From an uncultured Gammaproteobacteria bacterium (GTDB lineage Bacteria > Patescibacteriota > Patescibacteriia > Magasanikbacterales > GWA2-37-8): a DNA stretch of 64,000 nucleotides. The notes under the pieces are model-generated. The model did no database searches. It was not told the DNA's origin and saw only the letters and a program-made list of their open reading frames with translations. The translations under genes were made by a program, and so were the position numbers. Location of the stretch: positions 174,335-238,334 of the forward strand of contig CAYHBZ010000001.1 in the NCBI GenBank assembly GCA_964355175.1, written 5' to 3'. Below, one piece after another: positions 26,311 to 36,919 of the stretch. How positions within the stretch are numbered: position 1 is the first letter of the stretch; every line of letters begins with the position of its first letter.

Positions 26311-28092
26311 ATGTCAAAAAAATGGATAGTCGCTCCGGCCGTACCAGAAGAATTTTTTACCGAGCATCCTGAATTGCCACCAATAGTGGCCCGCCTGATG
26401 TACAATCGCAATTTGCGCACCCAAAAACAAATTGATGAATTTTTGAATCCGGATTATTCACAAGATATTCACGATCCGTTTTTGTTTGTGGATATGGAAA
26501 AAGCGGTCAAAATTATTTTTGATTGCATTGCCGCTAATAAAAATATTGTAGTACACGGCGACTACGATGCCGACGGTGTCTGCGCTTCTACTATTATTAT
26601 CAGCTGTTTGAAAAAAATGGGCGCGCAAAATGTGTCGGTATTTCTCCCCCATCGTGAAACCGATGGTTATGGACTAAATCTCAATACCGTCCGCGCGCTC
26701 AAAGAAAAAAATACTGATCTCATTATTACTTGTGACTGCGGTGTCAGCAATACGGCCGAAGTAAAATTGGCCAAAGAGCTTGGCATGCAGGTAATTATTA
26801 CGGACCACCACTCTATCCCCGCTCAGACTCCACCGGCTGATGCCATTATCCATCCGAAAATGCCAAATGAAAAATATCCAGATAAAACTTTATGCGGTGG
26901 TGCCGTCGCTTTCAAACTCATCCAAGCCCTTTTAAAAACTCACAAAAAAACCAACGCTCTACTCTCTGACGGACAAACCCACGAAGCCTTTGAAAAATGG
27001 CAATTGGATTTGGCCGCAATTGCCAGTATTGGCGACATGGTGCCGCTACTAGGAGAATCTCGCACTATCACCCGCTATGGTCTCACCGTGCTAAACAAAA
27101 CAAAAAATTTAGGTCTAAAAAAACTAATGTTTGTTTCCGGTATTATCGATGAAAACGGACAACAGAAACGCGGCGAGATCACTGCCGGCACAGTGGGCTT
27201 TCAAATTGTACCGCGCATCAACGCCGCCGGACGCATGGATCATGCCAATGTCGCCTTTGCCCTATTGATGAGCGAAGATGAACACGAAGCGGAAAATCTA
27301 GCCTGGGCACTAAACCAAAACAATCTTGATCGCCAAAAATTAACCGAAAATTTAGTGGCGCAAGCGATAAAACAAGTAAAAGAAAGTGAACAAGAAAAAA
27401 ATAGCGCCATCTTTGTATTGGGCGAAGGCTGGCCTACCGGAATTTTGGGTCTTATTGCCGGACGCCTCAAAGATATGTACTACAAACCGGCGATAGTAAT
27501 GGGATTAAACCATGGCGAAATTACGGCCTCTGGACGCAGTATTTCCGAATTCAATATGGTCGCCGCCATTCAAAATAATTCCGAATTTTTTGCGAAATTC
27601 GGCGGTCATCCTCAGGCTTGTGGCTTCACTCTGAAATCACTGGATGTACTTGAAGCTTTTAAAAAGAGATTCAACGAGGTGACGGCTGAGCAAACCAAGG
27701 AAGTAGAACTGGTACCACAGATAAATATTGACGCCGAAGTTGATCTCGCTGATATCAGCTGGACCCTTTATGATCTACTACAAAAATTCGCCCCCTTTGG
27801 CATGAACAACGAAGAGCCAAAATATGTCGCGCGCGGACTGACCATTACTGGTATTACTCCTGTCGGCCAAGATGGCAAACACCTCAAGCTAATGCTCAAA
27901 CACAATTCCCACGTTGTCCACAAAACTATCGGCTTTGGACTTGGTGACATTAATCGCCACAAAGACGATTGGAAAAATAATCTGCACGTGGGTGATAAAA
28001 TTGATATGGCTTTCTGTGTAGAAGCCAATGAATGGAATGGCAACCGTGAATTGCAAATGACTATCTCGGATATAAAAAAGAGCGATCAATAG
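26311..28092 (+). CDS. recJ: Single-stranded-DNA-specific exonuclease RecJ
   Basis: DHH motifs (VVHGDYDADGV, DHH at ITDHHS), DHHA1 region and C-terminal OB-like domain; 593 aa. Confidence 0.9.
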   Translation: MSKKWIVAPAVPEEFFTEHPELPPIVARLMYNRNLRTQKQIDEFLNPDYSQDIHDPFLFVDMEKAVKIIFDCIAANKNIVVHGDYDADGVCASTIIISCLKKMGAQNVSVFLPHRETDGYGLNLNTVRALKEKNTDLIITCDCGVSNTAEVKLAKELGMQVIITDHHSIPAQTPPADAIIHPKMPNEKYPDKTLCGGAVAFKLIQALLKTHKKTNALLSDGQTHEAFEKWQLDLAAIASIGDMVPLLGESRTITRYGLTVLNKTKNLGLKKLMFVSGIIDENGQQKRGEITAGTVGFQIVPRINAAGRMDHANVAFALLMSEDEHEAENLAWALNQNNLDRQKLTENLVAQAIKQVKESEQEKNSAIFVLGEGWPTGILGLIAGRLKDMYYKPAIVMGLNHGEITASGRSISEFNMVAAIQNNSEFFAKFGGHPQACGFTLKSLDVLEAFKKRFNEVTAEQTKEVELVPQINIDAEVDLADISWTLYDLLQKFAPFGMNNEEPKYVARGLTITGITPVGQDGKHLKLMLKHNSHVVHKTIGFGLGDINRHKDDWKNNLHVGDKIDMAFCVEANEWNGNRELQMTISDIKKSDQ

Positions 28093-28108
28093 ATCGCTCT
28101 TTTCTTTT
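28079..28108. terminator. Rho-independent terminator (AGAGCGATC-aata-GATCGCTCT, then TTTCTTTT) overlapping the recJ stop
   Basis: 9-bp stem plus T-run; also adjacent to the end of the minus-strand YtxH-like gene. Confidence 0.65.
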
Positions 28109-28418
28109 AGGAATTTTTTAAATCTTTTTCAACTTCTTTCCAACGCTTTTTTAATTGACGAATCAAACTATTTTTTACTTCTATCGCCAATTCTTTTTTA
28201 GCGGCGTATTCTTCTACCGCCCGCTCTACCAGAGCGTCATACATTTCTTGAGTTGGACCTTCAAGTTGTTTGAGGCTAGATTTTAATTCATTAAACAGAG
28301 GTTCCAAATGACTCATGATCTGGGAGCGCATTTCTTTACCTTTAGGAGAACAGTTAAGCCAAGTCAAAAACGTTGCCACCGCCCCACCGACCAATAAGCC
28401 TTTTTTAAAGTTACCCAT
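28107..28418 (-). CDS. YtxH-like small membrane-associated protein
   Basis: MGNFKKGLLVGGAVATFLTW start typical of YtxH, followed by a coiled-coil region. Start chosen at MGNFKK; the ORF is open to 28472. Confidence 0.5.
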   Translation of the reverse strand: MGNFKKGLLVGGAVATFLTWLNCSPKGKEMRSQIMSHLEPLFNELKSSLKQLEGPTQEMYDALVERAVEEYAAKKELAIEVKNSLIRQLKKRWKEVEKDLKNS

Positions 28419-28459
28419 ATATAACAAATTAATTATATCCTTATTATACCACTTCAGTC

Positions 28460-29305
28460 TTAAGTCCCACAAGCGGCGGCGTCAGCACCACCATTGGCAC
28501 TGACAGTATAGCCAAAGCTTGGCTGGTAAGAAGTGTTAGGTAGAGTCTGCTGACATTCAGCTGGAGCATTGTTGAAAGCGGCGCAAATAGCCTGTTTTAC
28601 AGCTTCAGCGGTGCGTCCTACTCCTTCAGCCTGTACGCCGTTGATTACCAAAGTTGGAGAACCTTGTACACCGTATTTATCATTTAAATCAGCATTAACT
28701 GGGTAAAGAGGATAGCGACCGGACAACCAAGTAGTTTGGTCATTAAATTTGTCTAGGATGCCGAATTTCTTGTTGGTAGCATTGACACAAGAGGTCAAAG
28801 AACCGGCCGATATTCCAGTGCTGGCCAAACAACCGGCGGAATCATCTTTTCCGGTAAAACATTTCAAATAATCACGATATTTGGCAGGCTGTTGCTGTTG
28901 AATACAATATTGACGAGTATTCTCTTCTATTTCTTTCATGCCATGCATAGCATAAGAAACAAATTTCATATCAATGTCGGCTTTGTCTTTGAGCAATTCC
29001 CAAGCTGGCAAATAGGCTTTTTGCATTTGCAAACCAAAAGGACAGTATGACATCACAAATAATTCTACTTTTGGTTTGTCATTTTTTGGTACTGTTGGTG
29101 GAGGAGTTTGTTCCTGGTTATCAGCCAATTGCTGATCAACAACCGGAGTCACTGCCACATTTTTGCCAGCAGAACCGCCTTTAAAATAAACGGCCAGCAT
29201 CACCACAAAACCAATCGTACAGATCACCAATACGCCAGCAACCAGACCTACCAGCAAAGCGCTTTTGGAATCCAGACTAGCAAAGAAAGACTTTTTTTCT
29301 TCCAT
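28460..29305 (-). CDS. Membrane-anchored thioredoxin-fold thiol-disulfide oxidoreductase (DsbA-like)
   Basis: N-terminal TM then a Pro-rich linker. CxxC active site within FVMSYCPFGLQ. C-terminal SPTLVINGV typical of DsbA-like proteins. Confidence 0.65.
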   Translation of the reverse strand: MEEKKSFFASLDSKSALLVGLVAGVLVICTIGFVVMLAVYFKGGSAGKNVAVTPVVDQQLADNQEQTPPPTVPKNDKPKVELFVMSYCPFGLQMQKAYLPAWELLKDKADIDMKFVSYAMHGMKEIEENTRQYCIQQQQPAKYRDYLKCFTGKDDSAGCLASTGISAGSLTSCVNATNKKFGILDKFNDQTTWLSGRYPLYPVNADLNDKYGVQGSPTLVINGVQAEGVGRTAEAVKQAICAAFNNAPAECQQTLPNTSYQPSFGYTVSANGGADAAACGT

Positions 29306-29321
29306 ATATTTAAATTAAAAG

Positions 29322-29918
29322 TTAGTTAGTATTAGTTAAAGTTATATTATTATAAACCAAAACAAGATCAGATACAATGTCTGTCTTGTGTATATCTAGC
29401 TCATTACTAATTTGTCCCAAAATAAAGGCCTTTTTGTCATTTTTAAGGATTCTTATACCACCACTGGACTGCCGGCGCCTACTGACCAAAAAACAGACGG
29501 CTTTGGCAACGGAAAAAACTTTTGGTAAATAATAGAGATTGTAAAATTTAATAATCAGACTAAAAAAATCCGGTGTTCTGAAATCATTATGATAAGTGAC
29601 CACAAGATTCTTATTTTCCTGCTGAGCCCATTTTATAATTTGATTCGCCGCTCCAAAAAAAGGGCAATGCAAATTGATAATATCGTACTGATCCCAAGAT
29701 TGAGCATTCTGGGATATTGGTTGTTGGCCGATGAATTTATGACCGAGCGCAACCGCTCCCACCTGTTCCTTTTCTTTTCTGGTGGTTTGGCCAAATTCCA
29801 AGGTCATGGCCTCGGACTCTAAGCCCAAACTATTTTCTACTTCCAGCCAGGCAAACGCCTCGGACCGGATGTCGTCAAAATAATTAAAAGCTGATGGAAT
29901 AATGTGTAATACTTTCAT
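29322..29918 (-). CDS. Stand-alone GT4-like N-terminal-domain protein (possible truncated or remnant glycosyltransferase)
   Basis: MKVLHIIPSAFNYFDD... resembles the GT4 N-terminal Rossmann domain. No C-terminal sugar-donor domain follows. The in-frame upstream extension to 30011 overlaps the methyltransferase gene. Confidence 0.35.
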   Translation of the reverse strand: MKVLHIIPSAFNYFDDIRSEAFAWLEVENSLGLESEAMTLEFGQTTRKEKEQVGAVALGHKFIGQQPISQNAQSWDQYDIINLHCPFFGAANQIIKWAQQENKNLVVTYHNDFRTPDFFSLIIKFYNLYYLPKVFSVAKAVCFLVSRRRQSSGGIRILKNDKKAFILGQISNELDIHKTDIVSDLVLVYNNITLTNTN

Positions 29919-29941
29919 ATAATACAAACTGATGCCTAGAT

Positions 29942-30769
29942 TTATTTCATTTTTTTGGCTATCAAATGCAAATTCGGTGAAGGAATATTTTGTAAAACCA
30001 CCGACTCCCAATACACCAAGCTATTTACGGCCGCTTTCAACCAATTAAATATTTTCTTAAACATCCCTTGCTGGGCAAGGCTACCAAAATATTCTTCATT
30101 GTTTAATTGAACTAAATTATTATTTTTAGCACGCCTATCCATGAGATAAAAAGCCAAAACACCGAGCAACTGGCCAAAAAAATGTTCACTGTATTTTTTA
30201 CTATCTATTTTAAAACCAGACTGGATAAAAATATTATACCATTTGGAACGGGAAAAACGATTAATGTGACCGGCGTATTTATTGGTTAGACCATCAAATC
30301 TTTTGCTGAAGCGCAGGCAATGCCACATCGATAAATAATCACCCTCACATGGTATAAAGGAGTAAAATAATCCTTCTGATTTTAAAACTCGTCGTACTTC
30401 GGCCATAGTTTGCTCTACCGATTCTACATGCTCAAGCACATCATAAATTACCACGACATCAAAAAAATTATCCTCAAACGGCCAGCGGCTACTTGGACCA
30501 AATAAATAATTTACACCGTCACCAGTTTCTTTGGCTTTATTTATTGCCACCTCACTAATATCAAAACCATAACACTCGCTAGCGGGCAGCCGCTGTTTGA
30601 TAGCTCGGATAAATTGTCCGGCACCACAGCCAACTTCCAAAATTTTGGCATTGGTTGGAAGACTATTTAAAACTTTTAAAGATTGCGACAAACGAATCGC
30701 GGTAGGGTGTGATGGATTTAAACTAGCCGTATCCTGGCCCCAGATAGATTGATTATAGTCAAAGCTCAT
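29942..30769 (-). CDS. Class I SAM-dependent methyltransferase
   Basis: Motif I ILEVGCGAGQF, motif II FDVVVIYDVLEHV. Confidence 0.8.
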   Translation of the reverse strand: MSFDYNQSIWGQDTASLNPSHPTAIRLSQSLKVLNSLPTNAKILEVGCGAGQFIRAIKQRLPASECYGFDISEVAINKAKETGDGVNYLFGPSSRWPFEDNFFDVVVIYDVLEHVESVEQTMAEVRRVLKSEGLFYSFIPCEGDYLSMWHCLRFSKRFDGLTNKYAGHINRFSRSKWYNIFIQSGFKIDSKKYSEHFFGQLLGVLAFYLMDRRAKNNNLVQLNNEEYFGSLAQQGMFKKIFNWLKAAVNSLVYWESVVLQNIPSPNLHLIAKKMK

Positions 30770-31881
30770 AAGATGGATTTATAAACATTTACCAATTCTT
30801 CCAAATTTTTTTCCATACTAAATTTTTTTATCACTTGTTCGCGACCATTGTGACCAAATTTTTCTCTTTGCTCTGGTGAGAAATCAAAAAATTCTTTAAT
30901 TTTTTTGGCCAGATCATCACTGCTACCGGCAGTAAATAAAAGCCCATTTATCTCTGATTCAATTTTATTTTGCAAAGCGCTAATGCGAGTGGCTATTACC
31001 GGTCTGGAGCAAGCCAGCGACTCCAGTGCCACCAAAGAAAAAGATTCATAATCCGAAGCTATAACCGTAGCCTGAGCCAACGAATAATACTTGGCCAAAG
31101 TTTTTTGGTCATTGATCTGGCCGATAAAATAGACACTTTGCTCCAAATTGAGCTGTTTGGCAATGACCCGATAATCAGTTTCTTCATATCCCCCACCTAC
31201 TACTATTAGCACCAATTCCGGATCAGATAAATTCGCCATAGCTTCCAGTACCAAATCCAAACGCTTCACCGGCATTAAATTGGCCACAAATAATAAAATC
31301 TTTTTACCATTTAATTCCGGCACACCCAAATCAGTGGCTAAAACAATTTTTTTAGAAAAAATTTCCGTATCAATAGCATTATTTATTGTCACCACCTTCT
31401 CCACTGCCACATTTTCTATCAAAGAAAATTGATCAATACTCTGGTCCACCAAAATAACTTTTTTAGCTTTTTTTAATAGAAAAACTCCAACTATTTTATC
31501 ACTAAAAAATTTTATAATATTTTTTACTAATCCTCTTGGCTGAGCGTCCATATGATAAGTCACCACATAAGGCACGCGATAAAAAATACTGGCCAAAAAA
31601 ACCATTGCACCACCGCCATAAAACGGAAAATGTAGGTGCAGCAAATTAAAACCGCGCAGTTTGGTAAATAATTGCGGTACCAAGCCAGCGTCTCCCAGAC
31701 GGAAAAACGAAGATAAATAAACTATTTTTATATCATTACTTGATAATCTTAGATTGTAATCAAGTGTAAAAACCGTCACTTCATGACCCAAACGCACCAA
31801 ACCCAGTGCCTGATTCAAAGCCACTTGCCCCATGCCCCCAATACGCGGCGGAAAGGTAGAAATAACAAAAGCAATTTTCAT
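30766..31881 (-). CDS. GT4-family glycosyltransferase
   Basis: GT-B two-domain layout, MKIAFVISTFPPRIGGMGQV N-terminus, and the C-terminal E-x7-E region typical of GT4. Confidence 0.85.
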   Translation of the reverse strand: MKIAFVISTFPPRIGGMGQVALNQALGLVRLGHEVTVFTLDYNLRLSSNDIKIVYLSSFFRLGDAGLVPQLFTKLRGFNLLHLHFPFYGGGAMVFLASIFYRVPYVVTYHMDAQPRGLVKNIIKFFSDKIVGVFLLKKAKKVILVDQSIDQFSLIENVAVEKVVTINNAIDTEIFSKKIVLATDLGVPELNGKKILLFVANLMPVKRLDLVLEAMANLSDPELVLIVVGGGYEETDYRVIAKQLNLEQSVYFIGQINDQKTLAKYYSLAQATVIASDYESFSLVALESLACSRPVIATRISALQNKIESEINGLLFTAGSSDDLAKKIKEFFDFSPEQREKFGHNGREQVIKKFSMEKNLEELVNVYKSIL

Positions 31882-32211
31882 TTATTTATTTTTATCCTCC
31901 AAAGCATTTTGACGAACCAAGCGGGTGAGGTGTTTTTCGAGCTTTTCCAGCCTGATCCACAATCTAAAGACAAAAAAGGCCAAACCGGCAATCGTGAGAT
32001 ATATCACCGCGTCCACTCCACGACCCACTCCCAAAAATTGGGCCAGCCATACGGCCAAACCCGGACGCAATACTACGATGATAGCACTCAGCCAAAACCC
32101 AAACCAGACCGCGGCATTAAAAAATTTAATTTCCTTGTCTCTAAAACGAAAGGCTACTTTAAAAAGCGCGAAAAAGAAAATTAAAATTAAAAAAAATTGA
32201 ATGGCTGTCAT
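31882..32211 (-). CDS. Small 3-TM membrane protein, DUF2304-like (commonly partnered with GT2 Dpm1-like enzymes)
   Basis: ~109 aa with three hydrophobic helices and a basic C-terminus; lies immediately upstream of a Dpm1-like GT2. Assignment from memory of the family architecture. Confidence 0.45.
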   Translation of the reverse strand: MTAIQFFLILIFFFALFKVAFRFRDKEIKFFNAAVWFGFWLSAIIVVLRPGLAVWLAQFLGVGRGVDAVIYLTIAGLAFFVFRLWIRLEKLEKHLTRLVRQNALEDKNK

Positions 32212-32214
32212 AAA

Positions 32215-32877
32215 TTATTGGCTAATTTTATCTATCAATAAATCGTACAAAATTTTAAAACCGCCGCCTATCCCCTGTCCATTTTCTTCGTAAAATACTT
32301 CCACCGGATATTCCGCGTATTTGAGATTATGCTGTTTTATTAATTTTGGTATTTGCGAATTGTGGGCCATACCATCCTGAGTAATTTTGATTGTGCGCGC
32401 GGCGCGATCATTTAAAACTCGAAAACCATTGTGCACATCAGACAATTTCAAGCCGGTGACAAAATTATTAATCAGTCGACTGACAGGTAAAATAAAGAAA
32501 TTTTTAAAAAAAGGAATGTTGGAACGCTTACCCAAAAACCTTGATCCGAGTACGGCATCCAACTGATTGGAATTGAGTAAATCTACGGCACCAGCAATAT
32601 CTTTGGGATTAAATTGTCCGTCGGCATCAAAATGCACTATCACCTTGGCGCCGGCGCGCAAAGCAAACTCATTGCCGGTTTGCAAAGCGGCACCCTGACC
32701 ACGATTTAATTGATGACACAACACTGTAGCCCCGGCCAGCTCAGCGCCGACAGCAGTGTCATCGGATGATCCATCGTCCACTACCACCACATTATTATAA
32801 CCATGTTCAAAAAGGTCGCGAATGACGCGACCAATTTTTTTCTCTTCATTAAAGGCTGGCACTATGACAAAAATCAT
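32215..32877 (-). CDS. GT2-family glycosyltransferase (dolichyl/polyprenyl-phosphate hexosyltransferase-like)
   Basis: MIFVIVPAFNEE, VVVVDDGSSDDT, DADGQ (DxD) motifs. Confidence 0.85.
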   Translation of the reverse strand: MIFVIVPAFNEEKKIGRVIRDLFEHGYNNVVVVDDGSSDDTAVGAELAGATVLCHQLNRGQGAALQTGNEFALRAGAKVIVHFDADGQFNPKDIAGAVDLLNSNQLDAVLGSRFLGKRSNIPFFKNFFILPVSRLINNFVTGLKLSDVHNGFRVLNDRAARTIKITQDGMAHNSQIPKLIKQHNLKYAEYPVEVFYEENGQGIGGGFKILYDLLIDKISQ

Positions 32878-32895
32878 AACTCAACACTCGCTTGA

Positions 32896-33912
32896 TTATT
32901 TACTACGAAAAAGGAGAGCTTCTTTGTTGGCCACAGTATAATCAATGGTCTTTTGCAGACCATCCTGAGTTCGGGTAAGCGGCAACCAGCCGAGTACATC
33001 TTTGACATAAGTCAGATCAGGTAAACCTTTTTTGGTCAAAAATTCCAACGGCTTTTCAAAAACAATTCTAGAAGTGGAATTGGTAAGCTCAATAATTTTT
33101 TGAGCTATCTGCGCATAGCTGACACTTTCATCTCCTCCCAAATTTACCGCTTTGACATCGGGATCAGCGCTCATTAGGCGCACCAAACCATCCACCATAT
33201 CATTTATATAACAAAGGGTAGTCACCAAAGTTTCATCCCCGTTGATTACCAAATCTTTTCCTTCAATCGCACTAATAATGAAATCAGGAATAAGTTGGCC
33301 TTCAAACAGCTTCATACGCGGACCATAGGTAGTAAAAATTCTGGCGGTCTTGGCATCAATGCCGTAAACTTCGCGATAAGTTTCAATACAGGTCTCGGCA
33401 AAACGCTTTCCTTCGTCATAGCAGGCGCGTGGCGTGAGATGATTTACTACACCCTGATAATTTTCTTTAAATTTTTCACCATCTTTTGGATTGCCATACA
33501 CTACCGAGCTGGAAGCAAAAACATATTTAGCGCGATAGCGAGCCGCCAAATCCAAAGTACTAATCATCGCCGCCGAATTGGACAACAATGATTTCATCTT
33601 GAGTTTTTCAAAATATTTTGGACTAGTAGGACAAGCCAAGTGATAAATTTCCTGAATACCCTGAAATTTTACTTTGAATTTATCCAACTCATCAAACTGA
33701 CTAAGGTCAATTGGTTTATCAACATCATAATTGATAAATTCAAAATCAGGATACTGTAAAAGATGTTCAATGTTGGCCGGAGAAGAATTGGAAAAATCAT
33801 CCAAACAAATCACCTTACCTTCTTTGAGCAACCGTTCGCATAAATGTGATCCGATAAAGCCGGCACCACCTGTAACCAAAATATTTTTCTTCTCAAATAC
33901 CGTGTTAACCAT
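32896..33912 (-). CDS. UDP-glucuronate decarboxylase / UDP-xylose-synthase-like SDR epimerase/dehydratase
   Basis: GGAGFIGSHL Rossmann motif and the catalytic YDEGKRFAE (UXS-type YxxxK). Confidence 0.75.
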   Translation of the reverse strand: MVNTVFEKKNILVTGGAGFIGSHLCERLLKEGKVICLDDFSNSSPANIEHLLQYPDFEFINYDVDKPIDLSQFDELDKFKVKFQGIQEIYHLACPTSPKYFEKLKMKSLLSNSAAMISTLDLAARYRAKYVFASSSVVYGNPKDGEKFKENYQGVVNHLTPRACYDEGKRFAETCIETYREVYGIDAKTARIFTTYGPRMKLFEGQLIPDFIISAIEGKDLVINGDETLVTTLCYINDMVDGLVRLMSADPDVKAVNLGGDESVSYAQIAQKIIELTNSTSRIVFEKPLEFLTKKGLPDLTYVKDVLGWLPLTRTQDGLQKTIDYTVANKEALLFRSK

Positions 33913-33974
33913 ACGTAAAAACGTTAATTTTTATTGGTTCTATTATAACATTTTGGCTAAGTTGTGGCAACAGA

Positions 33975-35525
33975 TTAATATGTCAGCCAATCGTAAGATT
34001 TTGAGGTGTTTTTGTAGGTGGTTTGGGATACTATTTTTTTACCTTTTTTTACCTTTTTCACCATTTTTTGAGCAAAATTAATTTGAATTTTTCTGTCTTC
34101 TTGAGTGTTTACTACTGTAATCTTGGTTGGGACATTAGAAACTGAGTAATCTGAAACAGGTAAAGCCTTTTCCTGCCATTTGCGACCGGTGTCGGTAAAA
34201 AACTGTACAAAATAATGTTTACCACGCCTAACCAAAGCAAATACTTCATCGCGTTTACCATCAAATGACCGTGTAAACCCGATGGTCACAATTGGCGCCT
34301 CGGCAGTGCTGGCAAAAAAATACTTATCTCCATTTTCTATAGTATAGATGGTATTATCTTTAAAATAATACTGTCCCCAAGAAGCGTAGTTAATTGGAAA
34401 TTTTAAAGCAGATGAATTCGCCATTGCTTGACCAATATTCAAACGACCAAAACCCAATTTATTTTTAAATAATGGATTTTTATAATCGATTTTATCAGCA
34501 TTACTTAATAGAGCATTGATAATTTGTTTGGCCGACCAATCCGGATGGTCGGCTTTGAGCAAAGCGGCTGCACCCGCCACGAGCGGAGCGGCAAAGGAAG
34601 TGCCTTGCCAAGGACCGCCAAATTCGTCATTGTATCCATAGATCGGAGCATATCTTTGCAAACTAAAAATTTTTTGTCCAGGTGCCACAATATCCACACA
34701 CTGCCCATAATCGGCAAACGGACTAAGATTATCTTCCTTATCTACCGATGAAACCGACAAGATCCAATTTTCGAGATCGTTGGTATCAAAACAAGCTGGG
34801 TAATTAGGCTTGATATCCAAATTTCCGTCATAATTAAAATCTCGGTCATTTCCCGCGGCCGCCACTATCACCACTCCCTTTTTATAGGCTTCGTATAAAA
34901 CTTGTTTTAAACCACTATCGGACTCATTGCCAATAATACTCATACTTATCACATCAGCCCCATGATAAACGGCATACTGCACAGCTTTGGCTACTTTTAT
35001 ATAAGATCCATTACCATCACTATCTACTGCTCGAAGAGGCATTAAGCTTACTTTCCAATTCAAACCGGACGCACTTTTGTTATTGTTGCCCACCGCCCCC
35101 ACCAGTCCGGCAATAACCGTACCATGATTAATTGCTTCTGGATCACCCACATTATCGAGCACACTTGGACGTACTTGATTGTTATCTTCAATAAAATTCC
35201 AACCGTTCACATCATCTACATACCCATCACTATCATCATCGTAATTATTGTCCGGAATTTCATAAGGATTTATCCAAGCATTAGCCTGTAGGTCATCATG
35301 CCAAATATCAGCACCGGTATCGATAGTAGCTATCACCACCCGGCGGCTACCGGTATTAAAATCCCAGGCTCTGGGAGCCCCTATTTGCTCCCACATTATT
35401 TGTTGCTGAAGATAGGAAGGGTCATTTGGAGCCAAAGCTAGCACATTATCCGTCCAAAGGAAAAAAACAGCTAAAGTAGCTGCTAGGATTGATTTTTTGG
35501 CTAAATTATGATAGAATTCAAACAT
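33975..35525 (-). CDS. Secreted subtilisin-like serine peptidase (S8)
   Basis: Signal peptide. Catalytic triad motifs IDTGAD (Asp), HGTVIAG (His), GTSFAAPLVAG (Ser). Confidence 0.85.
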   Translation of the reverse strand: MFEFYHNLAKKSILAATLAVFFLWTDNVLALAPNDPSYLQQQIMWEQIGAPRAWDFNTGSRRVVIATIDTGADIWHDDLQANAWINPYEIPDNNYDDDSDGYVDDVNGWNFIEDNNQVRPSVLDNVGDPEAINHGTVIAGLVGAVGNNNKSASGLNWKVSLMPLRAVDSDGNGSYIKVAKAVQYAVYHGADVISMSIIGNESDSGLKQVLYEAYKKGVVIVAAAGNDRDFNYDGNLDIKPNYPACFDTNDLENWILSVSSVDKEDNLSPFADYGQCVDIVAPGQKIFSLQRYAPIYGYNDEFGGPWQGTSFAAPLVAGAAALLKADHPDWSAKQIINALLSNADKIDYKNPLFKNKLGFGRLNIGQAMANSSALKFPINYASWGQYYFKDNTIYTIENGDKYFFASTAEAPIVTIGFTRSFDGKRDEVFALVRRGKHYFVQFFTDTGRKWQEKALPVSDYSVSNVPTKITVVNTQEDRKIQINFAQKMVKKVKKGKKIVSQTTYKNTSKSYDWLTY

Positions 35526-35566
35526 AAGCTTATATTTTATTATACACTATAAAAAAAATTTGTTCC

Positions 35567-36919
35567 ATGTATAGGCTCAAACAACTTACAATTTTGCTGG
35601 GTGATTTATTACTGTTATTTGTCGGTCTATACCTAGGCATTTTTTTTCGCTATTTAAAAGCGCCAACCGCACAAGAAATATCGAATTTTTTGAATCCTTT
35701 TACAATATTGTTCTTGCTGGCTACTACTATTATCTTTATTGCCGGCTTATACGATTTGGGCCGGGCAAAAAATAATTTAGGATTTTTCAAAAAAATAATC
35801 TTCGCCGCTATTGTCTGGACAGTAATCGGCGTATTTTACTTTTATATTTTTGGCGACAACCAGATTAATCCTAAAACAATTTTGGTGTTGGCGGCTTTTT
35901 TTGGGTTTGGACTGATTGCACTGTGGCGCTATTTTTACAATCGTTTTATTTCCTTTACTATTCTAAAGACCACTGTGGCCTTTATTGGATACTCAACAGA
36001 GATCAAACGACTCATAGAGGTTATTACCAACAAACCACAGATTGGCTATGAGGTAGTTGGTCTTGTCGGAAAGACTAGTGACACCTCCAACATTCCGGTC
36101 GTATCCAGCTTAGAGAAATTATCACCAAAACCTGATTTGATAGTCCTAGACTTCAATTACGAAAAAGATGACTCGCTGACCAAAGAGCTCTATCAAAATA
36201 TCTTCAGACAGACGAGTATCATTGAACTAGCGGACTTTTATGAAATGATTTTTCATCGTCTGCCACCTTTTACTTTTTCAGAAAGTTGGTTTCTGACAAA
36301 ATTTCAAGAGCAATCAAAAAAAATATACGACCGTTTCCGATTAATTATCGACTATATTGCCGCCACAATTATCGCGATTTTTTTTGCAATTACTTTTCCA
36401 CTGGTCGGGTTGGCTATAAAGTTAAATTCCAGGGGCCCAATTTTTTTCCGTCAAGCGCGAGTGGGTAGACATGGTCAGATATTTTTTATCTACAAATACC
36501 GCACCATGAAGGCGCTTCGGGCCGATGGTAGTGCTGAAATTAACGGACCACAATATGCCAGCGAAAAAGATGACCGCATTACTGGTGTGGGCAAATTCTT
36601 GCGCGCCACCCGAATTGATGAAATACCTCAATTTATCAATATTTTTAAAAATGAAATGGGCTTGATTGGTCCACGCCCCGAACGTCCTGAATTTGTTTCT
36701 CAGCTTACAGAATTGATGCCGTTTTATCCCCTACGACACTTGATAAAACCGGGCTGTACCGGCTGGGCTCAGCTTCAGCGTGGATATTATGGCACCTTGG
36801 ATGAAAATCTAGGCAAGCTGGAATACGATTTATTTTATATAAAAAATCGCGGTCCAGCTTTGGATATCGCGATTGTTTTAAAAACTTTTAGTGTAATATT
36901 TGGAATGATCGGTCGCTAA
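35567..36919 (+). CDS. Polyprenyl-phosphate glycosyl-1-phosphate transferase (bacterial sugar transferase, WbaP/PglC-like initiating enzyme)
   Basis: N-terminal TM domain. C-terminal catalytic domain (RFRLIIDYIAA..., PGCTGWAQ..., KLEYDLFYIKNRGPALD). Confidence 0.85.
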   Translation: MYRLKQLTILLGDLLLLFVGLYLGIFFRYLKAPTAQEISNFLNPFTILFLLATTIIFIAGLYDLGRAKNNLGFFKKIIFAAIVWTVIGVFYFYIFGDNQINPKTILVLAAFFGFGLIALWRYFYNRFISFTILKTTVAFIGYSTEIKRLIEVITNKPQIGYEVVGLVGKTSDTSNIPVVSSLEKLSPKPDLIVLDFNYEKDDSLTKELYQNIFRQTSIIELADFYEMIFHRLPPFTFSESWFLTKFQEQSKKIYDRFRLIIDYIAATIIAIFFAITFPLVGLAIKLNSRGPIFFRQARVGRHGQIFFIYKYRTMKALRADGSAEINGPQYASEKDDRITGVGKFLRATRIDEIPQFINIFKNEMGLIGPRPERPEFVSQLTELMPFYPLRHLIKPGCTGWAQLQRGYYGTLDENLGKLEYDLFYIKNRGPALDIAIVLKTFSVIFGMIGR

